Assembly (NCBI GenBank): GCA_036559345.1
Contig: DATBTL010000246.1
Span: 2,657 to 66,656 of the forward strand
Direction of reading: 5' to 3'
From: Chloroflexota bacterium
GTDB lineage: Bacteria; Chloroflexota; UBA5177; JANWHV01
Length of the DNA: 64,000 nucleotides
Under the pieces are notes generated by a model that did no database searches, was not told the DNA's origin, and worked only from the letters and a program-made list of their open reading frames with translations. Shown here piece by piece: positions 19,263 through 28,939 of the stretch (the first letter of the stretch is position 1; each line of letters opens with the position of its first letter). Made by a program: the position numbers and the translations under genes.

Positions 19263-20125
19263 ACATGCGGTTAGGGTTAGCCGGGGCGCTGATCCCGCGC
19301 GACGATGCCGCGATCACCCCCGCCCTGGCCCTCCAGTGCGCGTCACTGGGACTCCGGGGACTGGTGACCCATTTCACGACCCCTCCAGAGGTGCTGGCGG
19401 GCCACCGGGGTGAACGCGTTCGTGCCGTACTGGAGGACGCCGGACTACGCATCGTTCAGGCCACGGGCTACAATCCCCTCCTGATCCATCCGGACGACGC
19501 CGTACGAGACGTGGAACTGGCGCGCCTGCGATCCGCCTTCGCCGCGGCCCAGTCGCTTGGGGCCGAAATGATCATCACCGGCTGCGGATCCCATCATCCC
19601 AGCTTCTTTTACGGACCGGCGGCGGCAAATCACACCGAACGGGCGCGCGCTCGGCTCGTGCAGAGCTTACGGCTGGCGGCGCCCTGGGCCGAGGCGTCGG
19701 GCATCCTCCTCGCGCTGGAGTGCCATGTCCTCACGACCCTCGACTCGCCCGCGCATATCCGCGCCATACTTGAGGCGGTCGGCTCGCCGTGGGTGCGGGC
19801 CAACTTCGATCCGGTCAACCTGATCGGCGATCTGCCGACACTCTACGGCAACGCCGCCGCGATGCTGAACATGCGGGAGGAACTGGGCCCATACTACGCG
19901 CCGAGCGCGCACATCAAGGACATAGCAGCGCTGCCCGAACTTGTCCTCCATCTGGCCGAGGCGCCGCCTGGCGAAGGTCTCCTTGATTACGCCGCGTTCT
20001 TTGAGGTCTGTCGCGTACTGGGCAATGGCGCCGCGCTCATCGTGGAGCATCTGAACATCGAACAGTTGGATCCCGCGCTGGCGTTCGTGAAAGCCGCCGC
20101 ACGGCGTCATGGCATAGTACTTTAA
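19259..20125 (+). CDS. Sugar phosphate isomerase/epimerase (xylose-isomerase-like TIM barrel)
   Basis: ORF 18392..20125 trimmed to ATG 19259 (ATGA overlap). LALECH and ANFDPVN motifs. Confidence 0.85.
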   Translation: MNMRLGLAGALIPRDDAAITPALALQCASLGLRGLVTHFTTPPEVLAGHRGERVRAVLEDAGLRIVQATGYNPLLIHPDDAVRDVELARLRSAFAAAQSLGAEMIITGCGSHHPSFFYGPAAANHTERARARLVQSLRLAAPWAEASGILLALECHVLTTLDSPAHIRAILEAVGSPWVRANFDPVNLIGDLPTLYGNAAAMLNMREELGPYYAPSAHIKDIAALPELVLHLAEAPPGEGLLDYAAFFEVCRVLGNGAALIVEHLNIEQLDPALAFVKAAARRHGIVL

Positions 20126-20167
20126 CGGCATGAAGTCTCACGACACCTGCGGAAATCGCCGCCATCT

Positions 20168-20455
20168 CTATACAGGCCGGTAGCCGAGTCCCACCGAGAT
20201 CCGATCACAGACGTCTTTGACCGCGGCTCCAACCCGAGGTACGAGATCCCCATCCAGCCGAGCGGATGCCGAGGAAATGCTGATGGCTCCTTCGACAGTA
20301 CCGTCCATGGCGCGGATCGCGGCGCCGATACAGCGAGCGCCCAACTCTCGTTCCTCGTCATCGACCGCATAGCCGGCGACACGGATTCGCGCCAGTTCCT
20401 CCCGAAGGAGAGAGCGATTGGTGGCCGGGTGTGCCCTCCGACCGCTGGAGCGCAT
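20168..20455 (-). pseudogene. IclR-family regulator, C-terminal fragment only
   Basis: ELARIRVAGYAVDDEERELGARCIGAAIRAMDGTVEGAISISS matches the IclR effector-domain end. The HTH and first half are absent. Abuts the kinase fragment. Confidence 0.6.
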
Positions 20456-21002
20456 GACCGCGACAGCCCAGGCTATCGCGGCGGGGGGCGACGGCGCGCT
20501 TGACCGGCGGTTGCGCCTCCCCGTGCACCGTGACGAGGTGGGCCGGCTGGCTACAACATTCGACCGAATGCTCGACCGTATTCAGGACACCATCGCCGAG
20601 CGCGTGCGCTCCGAGAGCCGGCTGCGCCATTTCGCCGCCGACGCCCCGCACGAGCTGCGCACCCCGCTCGCGGCGGTGAGCGGCTACACCGAGGTGCTGT
20701 TGCTGGGCGGCAAAGACGACCCGGAGACCGCCGCGCACATGCTGCGCCGGATGGACGACGAACTCGCCAGGATGAATCGTCTGGTCGGCGACCTCTTGAC
20801 GCTCGCTCGCCTGGAAGCAGGGCTGCCTATGCATGTCCAGGCCCTACCGGCGGCGCCGCTGCTGAAGGGGCTGATCGAGGAGACGCGTCTATTGGCTGCG
20901 CGCTTCGGGCGCGATCTTGTTATCGGGACCGGCCCGCCAAACGGAGAGGCCGACACGCTCACCGTACTGGCCGACTCCGATCGCCTGCACCAAATTCTGC
21001 TT
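20418..21002 (+). pseudogene. Sensor histidine kinase fragment (HAMP + HisKA only)
   Basis: HAMP-like LRPLERMTATAQAIAAGG..DEVGRLATTFDRM and H-box FAADAPHELRTPL. Homology stops at DRLHQILL, with no sensor/TM region or HATPase_c domain. Confidence 0.65.
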
Positions 21003-21564
21003 ATTCACGGTTATCCTGCCGGCAGACAGCTAACTCCCCCGCGTGGGCGCAAAAGGCTACCCAGGTACTGTTGGGGCTCGATCCCTAAACGAGTTGTGCG
21101 CTCAGGACAAAGGATAGGTGATCTTGCGTATCCCGTACCATCCAATGACGGCGATCCGCTATAGTCCGAAATCCAGGCGGCACAACCGGGCGTGCGCGGG
21201 GCCTTTGACCGTTCCTGCACATAGTAAATAACTCCTCTACCCATGCTCGCCAGCCCCAACCAACTAACAACAAGGAAGGGTATCTCACTATGTGCAGTTG
21301 CCCTCTCAACTCGGCACATGGGCTACCGCGTCTCGACGGATTGTCCAATCCCCCCAGACGCGAAGCTCGCCAGAGTCGCGAATACCCACCTCTCCGCTCA
21401 GCACGTACTTTTCGTAAGCCACAATCCCCATGAAGGGAAGCGTCCGGGCTCATCCGGATTCATCGCTCCTCCGCGCGTCGCCCGGCAATTTTGAGCAGCA
21501 ACCTTGTCCTTCGTTATGCGCCGCGTCTGGGACTGAGCAACGGAGAACTCCTACTGGACCAGTA

Positions 21565-21711
21565 CATTTGGCAGCGCATCGGCCGCCCTTGACCATGCTT
21601 TCGCCCGTTCCCCGACGCGCCCGCATCGCGCAGTACGACCTTGGCGCGCCGGATTATGACGCGCCGGCAAAGGAGATATTCGGTGGCCTCATCGCCTCGC
21701 TCGCGCCCTGA
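21565..21711 (+). pseudogene. parA C-terminal remnant
   Basis: HLAAHRPPLTMLSPVPRRARIAQYDLGAPDYDAPAKEIF aligns by eye with the intact ParA tail IAAQHYAPLHVLPPIPRANSIARVDLRATGYDAAAKELF. No Walker A region lies upstream. Confidence 0.4.
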
Positions 21712-22159
21712 CCTGCTGGTCCGGCAGATGCTTGAGGAGTCAGGCACCGGGCCGATCACCGCCGCCGATGCCTCGTTTGTCCCCATGTCTCGCGCCCTGC
21801 GGATTCCCATCGAGCGTATTGCCCCTAATCCAGATAACCCTCGGAAGTCCTTCGAGGGTTTGGCGGATCTCGCGGCCTCAACCGGGGATCGGGGCCTCCT
21901 GCAACCGCTTGTGGTGCGGCGCGACCCCGAGCGGCCTGGCTATTATGTAACGATTGCCGGGTCGCGCCGCTTGATGACCGCTCTCCTTGTGTACCAAGGG
22001 GATCTTCCCGCCAGTCAGCAGTGGGTGGCGACGCTTCCGTGCGTCGCGGACGAGGTAGACTCGGATGCCTTTGCCGACACCCTGGCCGAGAACATGGCGC
22101 GGCAAGATCTCAGTCGCGCCGAGGTGATGGAGGCCGTCCTGCGGCTTGCGCCGGGATAA
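21656..22159 (+). pseudogene. Truncated ParB paralogue (N-terminal ParB/Srx domain, no HTH)
   Basis: RIPIERIAPNPDNPRKSFEGLADLAAS..LLQPLVVRRDPERPGYYVTIAGSRRL parallels ParB at 34402. It terminates just before the position of the HTH. Confidence 0.55.
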
Positions 22160-22221
22160 TGCGGCTCCGACCTCACAGGTTCGCCTAAAGTTGCACATAG
22201 TCGAAAAGTCGAGCGGTTGAG

Positions 22222-22251
22222 TTGACAGTGCTGATTGCGCGCTCATAGACT
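22222..22251 (+). promoter_or_regulatory. Possible promoter TTGACA-N18-TAGACT
   Basis: Perfect -35 and 4/6 -10, 45 nt upstream of the IclR ATG. Confidence 0.3.
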
Positions 22252-22295
22252 GGGAAGCATCCGCTTGGGTCGTTCCGTTAACATGAGAGTGGTAC

Positions 22296-23120
22296 ATGCA
22301 GGCTCAAGCAGAGCAGCCAACCGCGCGACGATCCCTGACCACCTTACAACGTGGATTGCGCGTGCTTGAGGTCGTGGCGGCCGAGCATGGGCAAATCACC
22401 GCCAAGCAACTCAGTAAGCGCATGGGCATTCGCCAAGGCACCTGCTATCACCTCCTCCGCACCTTGCAGGAGGAAGGCTACGTGGTCCGCCTGCCTGGCG
22501 GCCAATACGATCTCAACGGGCGGGTGGCCTTTCTCCAGGATAGCTTGCGTTCTCGGCTGACTCCAGACTTGAAGGTGCTCTCGATCTTGCGCGAGTTACA
22601 CGAGACCGTCAATGAAACCACCTGCGTCTGCGGCTGGTACCGGGAGCAAATCGTGGTCCAATGGTATCTGGAACCCAAACGCGCGCTCCATGCGCGCAGC
22701 CTGGAGATCGGCTATGACCAGAATGCCCATGCCCGCGCCTCCACCAAGGCCATTCTGGCCTTTCTCCCGGACAAGCTGGTGCGGGCCTACTTCACCAGTC
22801 GCGGCATGCCCAAGTTGACCGCGCATACGCTCACCGATATCGAGGGGCTGCTGAGCAATCTTGCCACGACGGCCCGACTTGGCTGCGCTATCGATCGCGA
22901 GGAGATGGCCAGAGGGGTATGCTGCATTGGAGCCCCGTATTTTGATGAGCGCGCGTTTCCCATAGGGGCGTACGGGCTCTCGGTACCGACCGACCGCTTC
23001 GAGGAGAACTACGAACTGCTCGTCAGCGCCGTTATGGCGGCGGCCAAGGATACGTCCATCAAGTGTGGCTACGCGGGCAGCTATCCGCCAGCCTCTCCAC
23101 TGCTGCGATTGGCCATGTGA
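22296..23120 (+). CDS. IclR family transcriptional regulator
   Basis: wHTH LQRGLRVLEVVAAEHGQITAKQLSKRMGIRQGTCYHLLRTL plus an IclR effector domain. Confidence 0.9.
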   Translation: MQAQAEQPTARRSLTTLQRGLRVLEVVAAEHGQITAKQLSKRMGIRQGTCYHLLRTLQEEGYVVRLPGGQYDLNGRVAFLQDSLRSRLTPDLKVLSILRELHETVNETTCVCGWYREQIVVQWYLEPKRALHARSLEIGYDQNAHARASTKAILAFLPDKLVRAYFTSRGMPKLTAHTLTDIEGLLSNLATTARLGCAIDREEMARGVCCIGAPYFDERAFPIGAYGLSVPTDRFEENYELLVSAVMAAAKDTSIKCGYAGSYPPASPLLRLAM

Positions 23121-23351
23121 TGGAGGAGCGGCCCACGGCGCCGGCTCCGCCATGCCGCGGGGCGGAATCCTGGGACGAAACGATGGACATAGCCTTGGGG
23201 CGCCGAGATCGGGCGGATGTAAGGAGGGATGGTGGAGCACAGGTAGGGCGACCCTGGATGCGCGGTGGCGGGATGGGGCCAAGGTTAGTTGATGAGACCT
23301 TCTCTCCTCGCCGCTCATGAGATCATCATAGCTATTCTTAGGAGACGTCGG

Positions 23352-24923
23352 ATGTTAGGATTGTCGCGCGGTATGCGGATGGCAGGTGTCATCGCGGTTC
23401 TCGCGAGCGCACTCGCCGGCATGGGTCCGGCCCCCTTGACAAGCACGCGCGTAAGCGCGGCGCCCGTTCGTGGGGGAATGCTGAGGGTCGCGCTCCCGGT
23501 CGACGCGGGCACGCTGGATCCGCGGCTGTATCAAGACACCTCGGCCTTCGCCGTGGACAGCCTGATCTTCAATGGGCTGGTATCCATCGACAACAGTCTT
23601 ACGCCTATCCCGGATCTGGCGACCTCATGGAAGTCGGTCAACCCCACCACCTGGGTATTCCATCTGCGGCAAGGGGTGAAGTTTTCCAATGGGCAGCCGT
23701 TTACCGCCAAGGATGTGGTCTACACCTATACCACGCTGATCGATCCGCGTCTCAACTCCCCGCAGAGACAACTCTATACGCCGATCAAGAACGTGGTCGC
23801 CCTCAACCCATACACTGTGCAATTTAATTTGCACTATCCGTACGCGCCCCTTCTGAGCTATCTCTCGATGGGCATTGTCCCGGCCGGTACGCCGAATAAC
23901 GCCAGCTTCGCCATTCATCCGATCGGCACTGGTCCCTATGTCCTGCATGCGTGGCAGCGCAATGACAAAATTGACTTGACTCGAAACCCCGGCTACTACG
24001 GCACTTCGCCGTACCTTAACGAAATCGTGTTCTATGTCATGCCTGACAATACGGCACAGGTCACGGCGCTCAAGTCCCACTCGCTCGATCTGATCACCTC
24101 ACCCCTGCCGCCGCAGGATGTGGTCAGCCTCAGGCAGGACCATAACGTGACTATCCAGGAAGAAACCGGTGACGGTATCCTCTACTTGCCGCTCAACATG
24201 CGTGACCCCATGCTCAGTGACTTGCATGTGCGCCAGGCGCTCAACCTCCTCGTGGATCGCAGGGCGATTGCCCAGCAGTTTTTCCGGAGCATCGACCAGG
24301 CGGCGGCCACCTCCTTGCTTCCCGGCACCTGGGCCTTTGACACGTCCATTCAGGCTCCGGCCGCTAATCCACAACAAGCGGCGCGCATTCTGGCCCAGGA
24401 TGGCTGGAAGAAGGACGGCAGTGGGATACTGGCCAAGAATGGCCATGAGTTATCCATAACCCTCTCGACCTATAACGATCCCAATCGGGTCGAGATTCTC
24501 ACCTATCTGCAAAACGTGCTCCAGCAAGCGGGCATCAAGGCGAACGTGGTGCAGAGTGATTGGCCCACCTTCCTGGGCAACGTCCAGGCGCACCGTTTCC
24601 AGATCGGGATCATCGGCGCCCTCAATCTGTATGACCCCGATCGCGGGATGTATCAGGGCTTTACCACGACCGGTACCAATAACTGGAGCGGCTACTCCAA
24701 CCCAGCGGTGGACCGGCTTCTGCAACAGGCACGCCAGGAAAGCGATCGCGCCAAGCGCAAGGCCTTGTATGTGCGCGCCTGGACGATTCTGAATCACGAT
24801 CTGCCGTGGATCATGCTCACCACTCAGGGATGGGTCGCCATCACCCAGCAGAATGTCCATGGCTACCAGACCAACCGCACCGGTTCCATGCAGCCGCTGG
24901 AAAAGGTCTGGCTGTCATCGTGA
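23352..24923 (+). CDS. ABC transporter substrate-binding protein, family 5 (peptide/nickel, DppA/OppA-like)
   Basis: Trimmed to ATG 23352 (AGGAG RBS). Signal peptide followed by LRVALPVDAGTLDP and a family-5 layout. Confidence 0.9.
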   Translation: MLGLSRGMRMAGVIAVLASALAGMGPAPLTSTRVSAAPVRGGMLRVALPVDAGTLDPRLYQDTSAFAVDSLIFNGLVSIDNSLTPIPDLATSWKSVNPTTWVFHLRQGVKFSNGQPFTAKDVVYTYTTLIDPRLNSPQRQLYTPIKNVVALNPYTVQFNLHYPYAPLLSYLSMGIVPAGTPNNASFAIHPIGTGPYVLHAWQRNDKIDLTRNPGYYGTSPYLNEIVFYVMPDNTAQVTALKSHSLDLITSPLPPQDVVSLRQDHNVTIQEETGDGILYLPLNMRDPMLSDLHVRQALNLLVDRRAIAQQFFRSIDQAAATSLLPGTWAFDTSIQAPAANPQQAARILAQDGWKKDGSGILAKNGHELSITLSTYNDPNRVEILTYLQNVLQQAGIKANVVQSDWPTFLGNVQAHRFQIGIIGALNLYDPDRGMYQGFTTTGTNNWSGYSNPAVDRLLQQARQESDRAKRKALYVRAWTILNHDLPWIMLTTQGWVAITQQNVHGYQTNRTGSMQPLEKVWLSS

Positions 24924-24985
24924 CGTACGGCAGGGGGCGCGGGATCGCCGCCGCGCCCCCTCGCGACTAACGGGAGCGAGCGGCC

Positions 24986-25966
24986 ATGATCAACTATTGT
25001 CTGAAGCGCCTCCTGCTCCTCATCCCGGTGATCCTGGGCATTACTCTGTTTGTCTTTCTGATCGTCCATCTGATTCCCGGCAATCCCGCTCTGGTCATTC
25101 TGGGCTCCGACGCCAGCGCGGCCCAGGTCGCCCAACTCAACCACCAGCTCGGCCTTGACCAGCCGCTCTGGCAGCAGTTTTTCAGCTATGTGGGCCAGCT
25201 TGCTCACGGGGATCTAGGCACCTCGCTGACCCAGCACCAGAGCGTGAGCAGCTTGATTGGCTTCGCGTTCCCCAATACGGTTGAGTTAGCCATCGCGGGG
25301 ATGATCATCACGCTGCTGATCGGCATTCCGCTCGGCGTGGCATCGGCGGTCTACCGCAACAGTATCCTGGACTATGCCGCCATGGCTTTAGCCCAACTGG
25401 GAACCTCCATGCCGGTCTTTTGGCTGGGCACACTTCTGGTCCAGATCCTGGCCCTGGACCTCGGGCTCTTTCCATCATTTGGGATCGGCCCCGCCCTGGG
25501 CCCAGCGTTCAGTTCGCTGGCGAGTGGGGATTCCGGTCCCCTCTCGGCGCTGTTTTCGCACCTGTTGCTGCCCGCCCTTACCCTGGGCCTCTCCGGGGTT
25601 GGCGTGGTCACGCGGATGGTGCGATCGGCGATGATTGAGGCGCTCGGACAGGATTATATTCGGACCGCGCGCGCCAAGGGACTAAAACGGCGCTTCATTA
25701 TCTGGCGCCATGCCCTGCGCAACGGCCTGCTCACGGTCATTACGATCATCGGCCTGCAGTTTGGCTATTTGCTGGGCGGCGCGGTGATTGTCGAGACGAT
25801 CTTCGCATGGCCCGGCCTCGGGCGGTTGGCGGTGAACGCCATCCTGGCCCGCGACTTCCCGGTGGTCCAGGGGTGCGTGCTGGTCATCGCGCTGATGTTC
25901 GCCATAGTTAACCTGGTGGTGGATCTGGCATATGGGCTGGTCAATCCGAGGATTCGGCTTCAATAA
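24986..25966 (+). CDS. ABC transporter permease (DppB/OppB-like)
   Basis: MINYCLKRLLLLIPVILGITLFVFLIVHLIPGNP start typical of DppB. Confidence 0.9.
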   Translation: MINYCLKRLLLLIPVILGITLFVFLIVHLIPGNPALVILGSDASAAQVAQLNHQLGLDQPLWQQFFSYVGQLAHGDLGTSLTQHQSVSSLIGFAFPNTVELAIAGMIITLLIGIPLGVASAVYRNSILDYAAMALAQLGTSMPVFWLGTLLVQILALDLGLFPSFGIGPALGPAFSSLASGDSGPLSALFSHLLLPALTLGLSGVGVVTRMVRSAMIEALGQDYIRTARAKGLKRRFIIWRHALRNGLLTVITIIGLQFGYLLGGAVIVETIFAWPGLGRLAVNAILARDFPVVQGCVLVIALMFAIVNLVVDLAYGLVNPRIRLQ

Positions 25967-26792
25967 GGTGGCCGGCGCCCTCCGGCGGCATGCCGGGCTC
26001 TGGCTGGGGCTGGCCATGGTTGGTGTGGTGGTCGTGGCCGCCATTTTCGCCTCCTTCATCGCGCCCTACCCCGAGAACAAGATGGACATCTTCAATAATC
26101 TGGCGCCGCCATCCTCGCAACACCTACTCGGTACTGACAACTATGGCCGGGACATCTTGACCCAGGTGATCTATGGCTCGCGCATCTCCCTGGAAGTGGG
26201 CTTCAGTTCGGTCCTGCTGACCGCGCTGATCGGGGCCACGCTGGGCCTGCTGGCGGGCTACTTCGGCGGCCCCTTGGATATGCTGGTGATGCGGGTGAGC
26301 GACATCGTCCTGTCCTTCCCGATCATTCTCCTGGCCCTGGCCCTGGTGGGCGCCCTGGGCCCCTCGGCGGAGAACGTAGTGATCGCCCTCGCCCTGGCCT
26401 ACTGGACCAGCTATGCCCGCCTGGTGCGCGCGACCACCCTGAGCGTGAAAGAGGAACTCTATGTCGAGGCGGCGCGGGCCCTGGGGGCTGGGCATGGGCG
26501 CATCATGCTGCGCCACCTGCTGCCCAATATCGCCGGACCGATCGTGGTGCTGGCAACCCTGGGGGTCGGCGCGGCGATTGTGGCGGAAGCCTCGCTCGAC
26601 TTCCTGGGCCTCGGCGTCCAGCCGTCGACGGCGAGCTGGGGCTTGATGACCGCCGACGGCCTGCGCTTCCTCAGTCAGGATTCCAATCTCTCGACCTTCG
26701 CCGGGATCGCGATCATGTGGACCGTGCTCGGCTTCAACCTGGTGGGCGACGGGCTGACCGACCGCCTCAATCCGAAGCTCGCGCGGCGATAG
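25932..26792 (+). CDS. ABC transporter permease (DppC/OppC-like)
   Basis: APYPEN.., LLGTDNYGRDIL motif. GTG 25968 is an alternative start. Confidence 0.9.
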   Translation: MGWSIRGFGFNKVAGALRRHAGLWLGLAMVGVVVVAAIFASFIAPYPENKMDIFNNLAPPSSQHLLGTDNYGRDILTQVIYGSRISLEVGFSSVLLTALIGATLGLLAGYFGGPLDMLVMRVSDIVLSFPIILLALALVGALGPSAENVVIALALAYWTSYARLVRATTLSVKEELYVEAARALGAGHGRIMLRHLLPNIAGPIVVLATLGVGAAIVAEASLDFLGLGVQPSTASWGLMTADGLRFLSQDSNLSTFAGIAIMWTVLGFNLVGDGLTDRLNPKLARR

Positions 26793-26836
26793 GCCAGGAC
26801 CGCGAGGCGCCCTGGTCATACCGAAGGAGAAGACCA

Positions 26837-27763
26837 TTGCGGCATACCTACCATCCAATCGAAATAACCAACCTCGCTAGCGGGCAACCGCTCATCCTGC
26901 CCTTACATGAATTGCAAGGCACGGGCGGAGGCCCGACGGTCGGTATCTCCGCCGCCATCCATGGTGACGAAGGGATCGGCGTGGAGATTCTACGGCGCCT
27001 GGCCGAGGACCAGGCGTTGGCAGCCCTGAAAGGCCGCCTACTGCTCCTGCCCCTGGCCAACCCCCTTGCCTTCCAGAGCTTTAGTCGTAACACGCCGCTT
27101 GACATGCTCAATCTGAATCGGGTCTTTCCCGGCGACCCGGACGGCTGGCTTACCGAGCAGCTGGCCCACACGATCACGACCGAATTTCTCCGCAAAATCG
27201 ACGTGCATATCGATCTGCATGCCGGGGGACTCTTCCCCGTGGTCGATTACGTCTACCTGCTCAATGCTCCGGCGCTTTCCCGCGCCTTTGGCCGCCCCTA
27301 TCTGTTCCAACCGGCGCATCCCTACACCGGGACGACCAGCGAGGTAACCCTGGAAGCCGGGATCCAAACCGTGGTGGTCGAGTTGGGCGGGGGCCTTGTC
27401 CCCCAGGAGCCCTTCGCCCTCCAGGGCCTGGCCGGGCTGAAAAATGTCCTGGCCGAGCTGGGCATGCTGCCCGAGCGCCAATTCTCGTTGCCGCCACAGA
27501 CCCTACTCCACCGCATCGACATCGTCCGCCCGCGCCAGGGTGGGCTCTTCGTCCCGGTGGTGGATATGGTGGGAGCGAAGGTGACCAAGGGTGAGGTGTT
27601 GGGCCGAGTGGTGAGCCCGCTCAGCTTCGCCCTCCTCGAGGAAATGCGCTGCCCGCTTGAACAAGGAGTCATGATCTTGACCCATCCCACGGCCCATCGC
27701 ATCGAGCCGGGCGACTACGGCTTCATGGTCGGTGACCTGCAAACGGCGGAGGCGCTGTCATGA
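26837..27763 (+). CDS. Succinylglutamate desuccinylase/aspartoacylase (AstE/AspA) family zinc deacylase
   Basis: ORF 26717..27763 trimmed to TTG 26837 (GAAGGAGAAG RBS 7 nt upstream). AAIHGDEGIG, NLNRVFPG and IDLHAGG motifs. Confidence 0.8.
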   Translation: MRHTYHPIEITNLASGQPLILPLHELQGTGGGPTVGISAAIHGDEGIGVEILRRLAEDQALAALKGRLLLLPLANPLAFQSFSRNTPLDMLNLNRVFPGDPDGWLTEQLAHTITTEFLRKIDVHIDLHAGGLFPVVDYVYLLNAPALSRAFGRPYLFQPAHPYTGTTSEVTLEAGIQTVVVELGGGLVPQEPFALQGLAGLKNVLAELGMLPERQFSLPPQTLLHRIDIVRPRQGGLFVPVVDMVGAKVTKGEVLGRVVSPLSFALLEEMRCPLEQGVMILTHPTAHRIEPGDYGFMVGDLQTAEALS

Positions 27764-28917
27764 TCGGATCGGCGGAGCACGACTTCGCGCGGCGCCTGGT
27801 TGGTCTGGTCCTGGGCATCGACGCGCTCTATCGGAGCGTACTGCCGCCCGATCTCGAGGGTCTGGCCCGCGAGGGCTGGGTGGCGATCAATCTCTCACGG
27901 ACGCCGCCCACGCCGATCACCAGCTATGCCCAGGCGCGTGCCATGGTCAAGGAACTGGAGCGTGAGGTGGACTCCCTGGGATTGACGACGGGCCGCGTCC
28001 GGTATTTTCAGGATTACCTGCACGCGATAGAAACCTTTTGCCTTTGGCAAGAAGGGCAGGCTATCCCCTATGAGGAACTGACGGGCTCCTTGCTTGGGAT
28101 TTCGGTGAGTCCCCCCGATCTCGAGCCGCTGTTGCATGATCTCGATCAAAGTCTCAGCGCGGCGGGCCTTAGCGGCGAAACCGCCGCCATGATCGCCGCC
28201 TTTCGCGCCAGCCGCGCCGTCCCGCGCGATCAGGTCATCCCAACCCTCACGCGCTATATGGATGAGGCACGCCAATGGGTTCACCGCGAATTCTTTCCCC
28301 TCCCGGACGATTTTCAGTTTCACGTGGAAGGTGAGGGTGGACTATCCTACAACGCCTACTGCGAATACGTGGGCCGGTTCGTGCGCATCAACCTCGACAT
28401 CCAGTTCACGCACGAGGACTTGAAGCACCTGGCCTGCCATGAGGCGTATCCCGGCCATAGCACCCATATCTTGCGCCGTGAGTTGTTGGTCGAGCAGGGA
28501 AAGATGACCGAGGATGGCCTCCTCGTGGTGACCGACACGCCAACCTCGCCGCTGTTCGAGGGGATCGGCGAAATCGGCCTCACCCTGGTGGGCTGGGACC
28601 AGACGGAGGCCGAGCGGATCAATCGCCTGATCGTCCGCCTGGACGCCGCCGTGGGGGTCTGGGCCGGCCATCTCTTCGCGCAAGGACGGCGCGACGAGGG
28701 GATGGCGTTGCTGCGCCGCTATCGGGATGAAGCCTGGGCCGAGGCGCGCTGGCGATTGATCGAGCTTCCGATCCGCGGCCCGTTCATCTGCGCTTATTAC
28801 TTTGGCGATCAGGTCGTTCATGCCGCGCACGCCCGGATGAAAGACCAAAAGGCGTTTCTCACCCACCTCTATGATGCGATGCATTCGCCTTCGTCGTTGG
28901 CAATCGACGCGCGGTAA
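27760..28917 (+). CDS. Hypothetical protein with HEAYPGH motif (DUF885-like putative metallohydrolase)
   Basis: 385-aa ORF with ATGA overlap to the deacylase gene. LACHEAYPGHSTH resembles the HExxPGHH motif of DUF885. Function not established. Confidence 0.65.
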   Translation: MIGSAEHDFARRLVGLVLGIDALYRSVLPPDLEGLAREGWVAINLSRTPPTPITSYAQARAMVKELEREVDSLGLTTGRVRYFQDYLHAIETFCLWQEGQAIPYEELTGSLLGISVSPPDLEPLLHDLDQSLSAAGLSGETAAMIAAFRASRAVPRDQVIPTLTRYMDEARQWVHREFFPLPDDFQFHVEGEGGLSYNAYCEYVGRFVRINLDIQFTHEDLKHLACHEAYPGHSTHILRRELLVEQGKMTEDGLLVVTDTPTSPLFEGIGEIGLTLVGWDQTEAERINRLIVRLDAAVGVWAGHLFAQGRRDEGMALLRRYRDEAWAEARWRLIELPIRGPFICAYYFGDQVVHAAHARMKDQKAFLTHLYDAMHSPSSLAIDAR

Positions 28918-28939
28918 GCAGCCAGAAAGGACGAGGGCT

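Noticed and set aside
21003-21565. Lower-GC ~560-bp stretch after the kinase fragment, examined for IS ends, a group II intron 5' motif (GTGCG at about 21097) or a hidden ORF
   Set aside because: No inverted terminal repeats, transposase or reverse-transcriptase frames, or consistent reading frame were found. It is left as unassigned degraded DNA.
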